From Stegostoma tigrinum (lineage: Eukaryota): a DNA stretch of 64,000 bases. Below the pieces are notes generated by a model, which saw only the letters and a list, made by a program, of their open reading frames with translations, was not told where the DNA came from and searched no databases. Below are positions 23,727-35,700 of the stretch, one piece after another. The translations under genes were made by a program, and so were the position numbers. The stretch's first letter is position 1. Every line of letters begins with the position of its first letter. The stretch is from contig NC_081363.1 of NCBI RefSeq assembly GCF_030684315.1, forward strand, positions 69,052,517 through 69,116,516. Direction: 5' to 3'.

Positions 23727-26700
23727 ATGCCGGTCTTGTTCACCATCATTGGGATCTCTGCAATTGCTGCTCTTCTGGCAGCATTTGGCCCATATATCAG
23801 GTCAGTATTTTCGCCTAAGGATGAATTCGAAGCCCTTCTTGGCTCTGTAAAGATAAAGTTAAATTGTATGTAATTTTACAAACTGTAAGCAGGCTTTTAC
23901 TTAGTAATGTGGGTTCCAGCCCCTTGAAAAAATGTTACAATTTGTCACGAACAAATTGGGAGTTCAGTTGTATTCGTTAAACTAACACGCAATACAGAAT
24001 ACAGTTTTACGAAATCTGTTTATTTGAATAAGAAGCAAAATAATTGGGCTTTTGTAGATTATTTTCAAAGTACCTTGAGGAATCGTTCGAATTGATTGTG
24101 CAGGAAAGTACATCTTGCCGGTGTATTTTAACCATCTTTTGTTTTCTTGGCTGAACATTTGCTGCGGTTAAGTAAATCAGCCCATTCTCTCTGTACCCGA
24201 ATAAAACTTTGCTTGTAAAAATAAAACCCTTCAAAGTGGTCATTTACATAATCAATCTTTTGTTCGCAGAAACCACTGCCCTGTAATTGTACAACATTTG
24301 CAACGTACTGCACGCAGAAGGCATGGACTTATAATCAGATCATGAGTTTGGGATAATAAAATGTGAGGCTGGATGAACACAGCAGGCCAAGCAGCATCTC
24401 AGGAGCACAAAAGCTGACGTTTCGGGCCTAGACCCTTCATCAGAGAGGGGGATGGGGGGAGGGAACTGGAATAAATAGGGAGAGAGGGGGAGGCGGAACG
24501 AAGATGGAGAGTAAAGAAGATAGGTGGAGAGGGTGTAGGTGGGGAGGTAGGGAGGGGATAGGTCAGTCCAGGGAAGACGGACAGGTCAAGGAGGTGGGAT
24601 GAGGTTAGTAGGTAGCGGGGGGTGCGGCTTGGGGTGGGAGGAAGGGATGGGTGAGAGGAAGAACCGGTTAGGGAGGCAGAGACAGGTTGGACTGGTTTTG
24701 GGATGCAGTGGGTGGGGGGGAAGAGCTGGGCTGGTTGTGTGGTGCAGTGGGGGGAGGGGATGAACTGGGATTTCAGATACCTCTCACTTTGGCTACTTGC
24801 TGTTTCGGCTGATTTTTCAGTCACTGCTTTTCAGGATTAGTTCCTTATTGGATCAAAGGTGTTTCACTTGAAGCTAATAAAATGTGAGGCTGGATGAACA
24901 CAGCAGGCCAAGCAGCATCTCAGGAGCACAAAAGCTGACGTTTCGGGCCTAGACCCTTCATCAGAGCGGGGGATGGGGGGAGGGAACTGGAATAAATAGG
25001 GAGAGAGGGGGAGGCGGACCGAAGATGGAGAGTAAAGAAGATAGGTGGAGAGAGTGTAGGTGGGGAGGTAGGGAGGGGATAGGTCAGTCCAGGGAAGATG
25101 GACAGGTCAAGGAGGTGGGATGAGGTTAGTAGGTAGCTTGGGGTGGGAGGAAGGGATGGGTGAGAGGAAGAACCGGTTAGGGAGGCAGAGACAGGCTGGA
25201 CTGGTTTTGGGATGCAGTGGGTGGGGGGGAAGAGCTGGGCTGGTTGTGTGGTGCAGTGGGGGGAGGGGATGAACTGGGCTGGTTTAGGGATGCAGTAGGG
25301 GAAGGGGAGATTTTGAAACTGGTGAAGTCCACATTGATACCATATGGCTGCAGGGTTCCCAGGCGGAATATGAGTTGCTGTTCCTGCAACCTTCGGGTGG
25401 CATCATTGTGGCAGTGCAGGAGTCCCATGATGGACATGTCATCAAGAGAATGGGAGGGGGAGTGGAAATGGTTTGCGACTGGGAGGTGCAGTTGTTTGTT
25501 GCGAACTGAGCGGAGGTGTTCTGCAAAGCGGTCCCCAAGCCTCCGCTTGGTTTCCCCAATGTAGAGGAAGCCGCACCGGGTACAGTGGATGCAGTATACC
25601 ACATTGGCAGATGTGCAGGTGAACCTCTGCTTAATGTGGAATGTCATCTTGGGGCCTGGGATGGGGGTGAGGGAGGAGGTGTGGGGACAAGTGTAGCATT
25701 TCCTGCGGTTGCAGGGGAAGGTGCCGGGTGTGGTGGGGTTGGAGGGCAGTGTGGAGCGAACAAGGGAGTCACGGAGAGAGTGGTCTCTCCGGAAAGCAGA
25801 CAGGGGAGGGGATGGAAAAATGTCTTGGGTGGTGGGGTCGGATTGTAAATGGCGGAAGTGTCGGAGGATAATGCGTTGTATCCGGAGGTTGGTAGGGTGG
25901 TGTGTGAGAACGAGGGGGTTCCTCTTGGGGCGGTTGTGGCGGGGGCGGGCTGTGAGGGATGTGTCGCGGGAAATGCGGGAGACGCGGTCAAGGGCGTTCT
26001 CGATCACCGTGGGGGGAAAGTTGCGGTCCTTAAAGAACTTGGACATCTGGGATGTGCGGGAGTGGAATGTCTTATCGTGGGGGCGGAGGCGGAGGAATTG
26101 GGAGTAGGGGATGGAATTTTTGCAGGAGGGTGGGTGGGAGGAGGTGTATTCTAGGTAGCTGTGGGAGTCGGTGGGCTTGAAATGGACATCAGTTACAAGC
26201 TGGTTGCCTGAGATGGAGACTGAGAGGTCCAGGAAGGTGAGGGATGTGCTGGAGATGGCCCAGGTGAACTGAAGGTTGGGGTGGAAGGTGTTGGTGAAGT
26301 GGATGAACTGTTCGAGCTCCTCTGGGGAGCAAGAGGCGGCGCCGATACAGTCATCAATGTACCGGAGGAAGAGGTGGGGTTTGGGGCCTGTGTAGGTGCG
26401 GAAGAGGGACTGTTCCACGTAACCTACAAAGAGGCAGGCATAGCTGGGCCCCATGCGGGTGCCCATGGCCACCCCCTTAGTCTGTAGGAAGTGGGAGGAG
26501 TCAAAAGAGAAGTTGTTGAGTGTGAGGACGAGTTCAGTTAGGCGGATGAGAGTGTCGGTGGAGGGGGCCTGGTCGGGCCTGCGGGACAGGAAGAAGCGGA
26601 GGGCCTTGAGGCCATCTGCATGCGGAATGCAGGTGTACAGGGACTGGACGTCCATGGTGAATATGAGGTGTTGGGGGCCAGGGAATTGGAAGTCCTGGAG

Positions 26701-29700
26701 GAGGTGGAGGGCGTGGGTGGTGTCACGGACGTAGGTGGGGAGTTCCTGGACCAAAGGGGAGAAAATGGAGTCCAGATAGGTGGAGATGAGTTCGGTGGGG
26801 CAGGAGCAGGCTGAGACGATGGGTCGACCAGGGCAGGCAGGTTTGTGGATTTTGGGAAGGAGATAGAAACGGGCCGTGCGGGGTTGGGGAACAATGAGGT
26901 TGGAGGCTGTGGGTGGGAGGTCCCCTGAGGTGATGAGGTCGTGAATGGTGTTGGAGATGATGGTTTGGTGCTCGGGTGTGGGGTCATGATCGAGGAGGCG
27001 GTAGGAGGTGGTGTCGGAGAGTTGGCGTCTGGCCTCGGCGATGTAGAGGTCAGTGCGCCATACTACCACTGCGCCACCCTTGTCTGCGGGTTTGATGGTG
27101 AGGTTGGGGTGGGAGCGGAGGGCTGCCCGTTCTGCGGGGGAGAGGTTGGAGTGGGTGAGAGGGGCGGAGAGGTTGAGGCGGTTAATGTCTCGACGACAGT
27201 TGGAGATGAAGAGGTCGAGGGAGGGTAGGAGGCCGGGGGGTGGTGTCCAGGAGGAGGACTTGTGTTGGAAGCGGGTGAAGGGGTCAGTGGAAGGAGGGTT
27301 GGGTTCCCGGTTGAAGAAGTAGGCAAGGAGGCGAAGACGGCGGAAAAACTGCTCTATGTCCGACCGTGACTGGTATTCGTTGATGTGTGGTTGTAGGGGG
27401 ACAAAGGTGAGCCCCTTGCTAAGGACTGACCGTTCGTCCTCAGTCAGTGGGAGGTCTGGGGGGATGGTGAAGATGCGGCAGGGCTCAGTGTGGCTGTCTC
27501 CTCTGGGGTTGCAGGCTGTGGAGGTTGTGGGCGGAGCGATGAGGTCGTCGGCCGTGGGCGGGGTTCCGTCGGCCGTGGGCGGGGTTCCCCCACTTGAAGC
27601 TTTAGCTTTGTGAATGGTGTTACCCGATCTAAATTCTTCTCCCTGAACCTAACTACTTTCAGTCGGGATCTTTAAACTAATTAGCAAAACTAATCTTGTT
27701 CAGCAAAGCCAGATCTTACAAATGGTTTTTATTTCACATTTCCACGTGAACCATTTAACCATTAACCACGCTCTGTTCGGCAGAATAGGTGTTATTCCCA
27801 CACAGCCTTGGTTTTGTACTGGGGGAAACTATTAATGCAGCACTATTTATTATGTAGCTTGGGAACTCCTAATGTTCAGTTTTCTGTAATTAAGTACTGA
27901 ACAAGCTGCAAGAGAACGAGCGGGGGGGAGTCTTACGGAGATCTGAATAACATTGGCCATGGTGAGAAATCTGGAAAATAGCATGAGAAGTGAGACAAGC
28001 CAATTTTCAGACAGTTTTGAGATTATTGCTTGGGAGCAGCAAGATGAATAGTAAGAGGGATTAATGCTCAATAAGTCTTATTGACAATGACTCTTGCCTC
28101 ATTGTGATGCATTCTCACCCCAATAATAGGAATTCTACTCCTTGCCACAAGAAACCAGATGCCAGCAATTCCTGTGAGCCTCCATCTTGTATATCTGGTG
28201 ACAGTATCTCAGCTGACTCGAATCTGGCTGACGCTCCCACGAAGATGTTTGTGCCTGAGCTGCTGGCAGTTATTTGAAGCCGTTTTGGCAACTTGTAACC
28301 TCGTCTTCTCTTGAGAGGTGCTGGCTTACAAACAGAAGCAGACCTTTTGGCCCAACTTGCCTGCGCCAACCAAATATCCTGAATTAATCTCCATTTGCCA
28401 GCTTTTGGACCATATCCCACTAAACCCTTGCTATTCATATACCCATCCAGATGCCTTTTAAATGTTGCAATTGTACCAGCATCTACCACTTTCTTCGGCA
28501 GCTCACTCCATACCCGCACCACACTCTGTTTGGAAGAGTTGGCCCTTAGGTCTGTTTTTGTCTTCCCTTCTCATCTTAAACCTATGCCTTATTGTTTTTG
28601 GACTCTTTATACCCTGGGCGGGGCGGGGGGTGGGGGGGGGAATAACCTTTGCTATTTACCTTGTCCATGCTCTCTGGATTTTATAAACTTCTATAACGTC
28701 AGCCCTCAGCGTTCGACACTCCAGGGGAAAATAGCCCCAGGCTATTCAGCCTCTCCCCATAGCTTAAACCCCCCAACCCCGGCAATATCCTTGTAAATCT
28801 TTTCAGCATCCGTTTAAGTTTTACAACATCTTTCCTGTAGCAGGAGACCAGAATTGGAATGCCTTTCTTACAACCAGCTTGACTGCCAACACTGTGGACA
28901 TGTCCTCTGTACTTGTAGGACACACTGTGGACTGTTTTCTGCCAGAATAAGAAAAGAGGATGAGTTGAGTGGGTTGAAAGTGGAAGGCATAGTGTTGGTC
29001 CCAATGTAGGTGGCGGTGAGGTGTTACGAGTGAGTGGGCAGGCAGCGCAGAGGGCATTTTGAGTTGGTGAGTGAGATCACGTGAGGGTAAATATTGCAGT
29101 CCATATGACATTGGTAGAGCATGAGCCTTGGTGAGAGGTGGGTCAGAGATACAGAGGGAAAGTGAAGCAGCAGAGGCAAGATGGTGACGTTTACCCTGGC
29201 AAAGTGGAAGTGGTCATTGACCTTGTTCCTGCACGGTTGGGCGATCCTCCAAACTCTGGAAACTGCACTGATGCTGCGGTGAGCTCAGCCCAGACTTGCT
29301 GGATATGGGGTTGTGGTGACCTCTGCTAGTCCAGGTCTGCAAATAGCTCTTGTCTACGAAGTGCAGGCCAAATGTCATTTACTATGCAGGGAAACTTTGG
29401 AATCCTGTGTTTGTCCGGCCACACGCTGGCCTTTTAAAGATTGTACATGTTCCAGGGATGCCAGCTCATTCCAGGATATCTGGTGTGTGGTAAGTTTTTT
29501 TTCTTAATGGGAATGTAGCAAAATGATAGAATTTAGTTATTGGGCAAGAGGGGCATTATGGTGTCATGGTCAATGGTGAATGAAGTGAGTTTCAGATGAT
29601 ACAGTGAGCTGTCTCATTAGGCCTTGTGGAGAGAGACCCTCCAGGAATCTTGACAAAGTAGATACTTAGCCAAAATATGGTAAGTTTTAGCCTGTTCTCT

Positions 29701-32700
29701 ATCCGCTTGTTGAATTCTTTCATGGGATGTCAGTGTCACTGGCAAAGCTGGTATTTGCTGCCCATCTCTAATTGCCCCTGAGAGCAGTTAAGAGTTAATC
29801 ACATTGCTGTGCATCTGGAGCAAATTTACCATGCAAGGCAACTAGACCAGGATGGTACATTTCATTATCTAAAAAACAGATGAGTTTTAACAACATTTGT
29901 TAGCTATATGGTCTCTGTTATCAATTCGAGCTTTCAGTTCCAAATGTTGTTGGTTCAGTTATATTACCACTGTACCATAATGTCCCCGACTCGTGCAATA
30001 GCTCACATACCCTAGGAGTTTTGTCAATGTCTGTATCCTAAAATCCACAAATAAAATAGGCTTGGGTCAAGTTTCATTTCTGTCAATCTCTCAAATAAAA
30101 TTGAAGTAGTGAACTTGGATTTTTCGAAAACAGTAGGTCTTTTTCAACTTGACTATTCAGTGCACTTCTGGTTAGCCCTCCTTTCCCATCTTAAACTTGA
30201 GATGTGTACGACTCTGCTGCCCTCATTCAAATTTTCTCCAAGTGTCATTGGCCCAGTAAGGTTACAGTGGTTCCGTGGATCTAGCACCCTATCCTTCCAC
30301 CAACTGGCACAATACCCACCAGCACCCTATTTATCTGGCATCCTACCCCCCCCCCCCCCCCCCCCAACCCCAAGGAGACAGTTTGCCTTTCTCTGACAGT
30401 TCTACATGAAGAAAGAAGTGAGAGGATGGAAATATGCTTTGCATTTCTGAAAGAGCCTTGAGTGGAATCTCCTCTCAGAATGTGCATCCCCCTTTCTTTG
30501 GTAAAGCATGGCCAGAGTAGCAATCTGCATGGGATTGCCCCTCTCTGGAAAATCTGGGCCAGTGTTTCCACGATAGTGTGTTGATAAGCAGCTACATTAC
30601 AGTCAAATCTGAGATCGAGCACAGAAATTTGTAACTCTATTCAAGTTACTACAAAATGATTTAGCTATGGAATACCCTCTGCCATACCTTTGCACTTCAC
30701 TTTTGTAAGTGTTTGAAAAAATACTAAGTTTTTTACATTATTAAGATTAATATTTTGGAATGCAATTTTAATCACCTTCTTAAATAGATAATCTTACATT
30801 CTTGACTGCTGAGAAATAACTAAACCGTTCAAATAGGTAGCTAGCGTAATTTGCAACTGTGATACAGTTTACATCAGCTCCAGATATTTACAATTGCCTT
30901 TTGTTCAGTATATTTACTATTTTTGCTTAAAAAATTCTACTTTGACTCACTTCACCTTGTGATGTAATTGCAGGATGGACTAGAAAGTTGTCTAGCACAT
31001 GGGAGTCAACACTGAACTCTAATTAGTTTATTCTAAGATGCAAATGTTATTCCACTTCTCGCTCCTTAAATGAATGTTACACAATGTTCAAAATTCCACA
31101 TAAATTATATACACCCCTTCTTTAGAGATCTAACTTAGCCATTTGTTTCCTATTCCTCAGAAGATGCCTCTTCTCTTAATTCAAACATTCAGGACTTTGG
31201 AGAAGGACCTTGACCATCTTAGCCTGAGTCTTAGGAGAAGTTTTCTCTAACCAGGACTGATTTTTGATCTTTACCTTCAGTTGAATTTTCCTGTTCATCA
31301 GATATGCCTCTCTGACTATAAACTCATATCCAAAGTGATTTTACTTGCATTGTGTTCATCCCAACTATCCAACTCCACAGACTCATTTGAATCATCTCCC
31401 TCCTCCTCCCTGAAACACTTGCTCTGTTTTCTCCTTTAGAGCCCAGGACACTAGATGAAGAGCGCAGTAAAGTGGCCTGGTGTTCCTCTGAATCCAAATG
31501 TTGGCCTATTGTTCAAGACGAAAGACTTTTGAAACTATTTTTTAGCAAGAGAAACAGATTGTCTGACTGCTGGCTCACTGGAAGCTTATCCAATCCAAAT
31601 TTATTTGGCTAAGGAATCCTGGCCTTGCCACCAAATCAGGCAGGAGTCAATGTCAAGTTAGGGACAAAAACAAGCTGCAGATGCTAGAATCCATGGTAGG
31701 CAAACAGGAGGCTGGGAGAACACAGCAGGCCAGGCAGGAAAAGAGCAGTCAACGTTTCAGGTATCATCCTTCTTCAGGACTATCCCCCTTTCCTCCAGAT
31801 GCTGCCTGGCCTGCTGTGTTCTCCCAGCCTCCTGTTTGCCTACCACGGGCAGCATCTGCAGGAAAAGAGCAGTCAACGTTTCGGGTATCATGCTTCTTCA
31901 GGACTATCCCCCTTTCCTCCAGATGCTGCCTGGCTTGCTGGCAGTCAGCGCCAAACTGGAACCAGTTTACTCCGGTCTATTGATATGTACAAGTAACATT
32001 TGTTTGTAACTCGTAGGTCAGCTCAATGAAACCTGTGTAAGCTGTAGATTTGGGATACAAAGTTAAATTGAATAAAGAAAGCAACAACCCTGAATATCAA
32101 TCAGGTCAAAATATTTACACTTGCCTCCCAAGAGTCACTTAAAAGCCTGCCCCAGCCTTTGGCCACCTGACCTTAATGTTGCCTTTTCTGTGGCTCCTGT
32201 GAAGCATCTTAGGGGTTTCTTCTATTTAACAGCATTATATAAATATGAAAGTTATTATATAAGCAGACAATAGCGGGGCCAAAAGAACAGCGATATTTCT
32301 ACTTAACTGTCAGGGGTTTACAAAACCAGAAGAAAACTTTGAGAGCCGGCGCCTGCTCTTATTAAATATGCCACTTCCTCATCTTCAATGCTCACTTTTA
32401 CATTAAATAGTGCAATTGCTTGCCATTTATGTAATGAAGTTACAGTCTAGACCTTTGTTACAAGTGTGCAAAAATGGCAGGCAGGAACATGTTACCACCT
32501 ATCAATATAGGTGAACCTTCATGATTAAGACTGTCTCCTCCACTCTGCCACACACCAAATGTAATCTCCAAGGAGACACCGGCATTTAATGGCTTAGTCA
32601 GTGATGGGGAGGCTTCTTTCGGTTCGGAGTGGCAGTGTTTCCTTGCGTGGAGGAGCTGTTTCCTGGCGTGGCAGTTTTGTCCAGTGTTTGAGGTCACATC

Positions 32701-35700
32701 AGCAATCCGACTTAATCTCCAACAAAAGCTTCCGGCCCAGTGTTCCGACGGCCCAATGTGGCATCTTTGTCCAGGTGGTAGATCTTTTTCCAGCGGCACG
32801 CACTTTGGCAGATGCTTTCGGCCTGACATTCCTATGGCCTGGTGTGGCATTTTTTTGTCCAGGATGGCAGTCTTGTCCCAGCAGCTGCTTTCTTCAGCAA
32901 ATGCTTGTGGCTCGGCCTGTTGGCTTCATCTTAGCATGGAATTCCCCTCATGGATTGATGGTCTCATTCTGGCTATGTGTTTCGTCTCTTGATGGACTTC
33001 CTCCAAAACCAGGAGCTGCTAAATGAACTTCTGTTAAAGCTACTTTTTATTGTTGCTTATGACTTCTGTCATTAATACAGGCACCACAGTAAGGTGACTT
33101 TACACTTTTCTTTCTATTTTCCTTGTAAAAGTACATGCGACAATAAATTCTAAATTTTACAGAAGAGTGGATAAAGAACCAAAACAAATGGAAAACAAAT
33201 TCCACTCTCGTCCTTTCGGGGGATCTAAACCAGTCCAGGCTTACACTAGTTGGTAAATAATTACAGTTCATTTTCTGTGCCCCTAATCCCTTGCCAATGA
33301 TTCAAATTTGCTGTCCCATCATATCATCATGCCAAAGCACCTCATAATGCAACTCATCTTATTCATTAGTGTCTGAGGGTTTGTGGTCGTGCTTTAATTG
33401 TAAGGAGTTTCAGTATAGAATGTAAGTTGGGTTAGTTGAAATAAATAATGTTAACTTGACTAAGCTCCATACTTTTAGCAACTACACTCAAATAAAATCA
33501 CACTTTCCCGTTGTTTTGCAGGAGATGTGCTGGTGGTGGAGTGTGCAAATCTGACGCAAGGCTCGATGGAAAGACTGCCTTGATTACTGGGGCTAACACT
33601 GGGATAGGAAAGGAAACAGCACGGGAACTGTCGCAGAGAGGTAAGGTATTTGCTGAGCAATTCTTTTATCAGTGTAGGAGTACTTAAATATGACAGCACA
33701 CATGTTTGCATCTTAATGTGGACAAGCAAATCCTGATGCATTCAATGTCTTTAAGTGGTGATGTTAGAGAGAAGATACTAACACCCAGCTTTTTCTCCGG
33801 TAGAGGTTTACTATCATTGAAATGCTTGTTCTTGTCTATCCAGATAAGTGTCGAGGAAAGTTCCAGACTTTTATCTGCCTCTGATTGTGCAATCTGCTCT
33901 TTTAACCCTATGGCATTACAGGTTGAAAAGTATTACTGCGGACAAGATGTGAATTATTTTAAAATAAAAAGCATAAGTTTTTTTACATTGCACCCAGTGT
34001 CTAATTTCCTATCCCAACACTATTGTGGTTATCTCCTTTCACAACATGCTGACAAAGCTGAGTCAAGCAGGCTGAACCTCACGACCATTACACAGCAGGG
34101 AACAAGCAGCACGGTGGGCTAAATTGTAAACCCTGTAACAGCCCTAGCATGAAAATCTTCAACCTTTTTTTTGAAAAAAATCTCTGACTACTGTAGAAAC
34201 ATAGAAACTAGGAGCAGTAGTAGGCCATTTGGCCCCTCAGGCTGGCTCTGCCATTCAGTACAGTCATGACTGATCTTCTATCACAGTGCCGTATTCCTAC
34301 ATTCTTCCCATAACATTTGAGGCCTCTAAAATCTAATAACGTCTCTATCTCTTTCTTAAATACATTATGACTTGGCCGTTCTGTGGCAGAAAATTCCACA
34401 GTTCACTACCCTTTGAATGAAGAAACTTTTCCTCAGCTCAGCCCTAAGTGGTCTACTCAATATCCTGAGACTGGACCCTGGTTTTAGACTCCCCCAAACG
34501 GTGAGAACCAGCCCTGTCCTGTTAGAATTTTATACATTTCAATCAGATTCCCTCTCATTCCTTATGAACTATTCTAAGTGAATACAGGCCCAGTTGAACC
34601 AACATCTCCTCATACAAGAGTCCCACTATCCCTGGGGTGAATATCTGCTGCACTCCCTCTATGGCAAGTCTATCCCTTCTTAGGTCACGAGACCAAAACT
34701 CCAGGCAGCACTGTGGGAGTGGTCTCACCGAGACCCTGTGAGACATCCCTAATTGTGAACTCCAATTTGTCAGCCTTTAGCTCGTATACCCTTTGCTGCA
34801 CTTTTTCCCCCCGGGTGACTGTGATCACTTTAAGTTGCACCCTTTCATTCACTTCATGACTTTCCAAGTGTCTGAGAAGTTTTGTAAGTTTTATACAGTG
34901 AAAACATGTACAAAAATACCCGTAAAGATTTTTATTATTTCCTGTCTTCTCACTGTCAGTTCCCTTGAATTACCCTCTAGAGAATCAACATTTGCTTTAG
35001 TTACTCATTTCCTTTTTCAAATATTTGTAGAAACTCTTCTCTTTAGCATAACTAGCTTATACTCTACTCTTGTTTTATTATAAAACTTAGTTGTTACTGT
35101 TTCTTAAAATCTGTCAAATCTTCCACCACTGACCTTCACAAATTGTATCAGTTCCTTTTGATTTGATACCACTGTGCTTTATTTAATCACAGATGATGCA
35201 TCCTTCTCAAAATGTCTCTTTCTCATTGACAAAAACTTGGCTAAGAGTTATTTTCTTACAAATTTGCCACTGTCTCTCTTCTGTCCTGCCTTTTTGACAT
35301 GGTTTCCCAGTCTGCTTTAGCCAGCTGTCTCTACATATCATTATATTTGCCTTTATATAGTTTGGAACACTAATCCCAATCCAACAGCCTACCTACCAGT
35401 CTTGGAGTGGTGCATGAATATTGAGAACCAGGCCCTTGCTCCTGTTTTCCTCACCTGGGACATGAATTAGGGATGAAACCTGCAATCCTCTCTGGTCAGT
35501 CTAGCTCAGTGCCATGTGGGCCTGTATGTTTATAATCAGCCATTGGGGAAAATGAGAGTGCCATTTTCATACGAAATGTGGGAACATGCACCTAATAAAC
35601 AGGAGAGCCAAGGATGTGTGCATGAGTGTGTAGTTGAGATACGAATCCTCAGGCCATTCACAAGTTAATAGAAAGTTAAAATCATGAAATAAATAAGCCA

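Larger units (their letters stand above)
24876..27590 (-). mobile_element. Young Neptune-type Penelope-like retroelement, 5'-truncated, with 11-bp TSD
   Basis: Flanked by CACTTGAAGCT at 24865-24875 and 27591-27601. Contains an RT + Cys-linker + GIY-YIG frame and a 3' repeat with a hammerhead. Confidence 0.95.

Noticed and set aside
23619-23873. 84-aa ORF starting at TTG 23619
   Set aside because: It only contains RDH exon 1; the ATG at 23727 and the donor at 23801 explain it.
24355-25275. Direct repeat read as a canonical PLE pseudo-LTR pair or as retroviral LTRs
   Set aside because: Each copy has its own TSD and unique DNA lies between them; there are no TG..CA ends.
30346-30365. Poly-C run (also G-runs at ~28620 and ~56590) as functional G-quadruplexes
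   Set aside because: Simple homopolymers with no supporting context; their length may be unreliable in the assembly.
31741-31930. CRISPR-like repeat array
   Set aside because: Two units only, eukaryotic context, explained by PLE repeat duplication.
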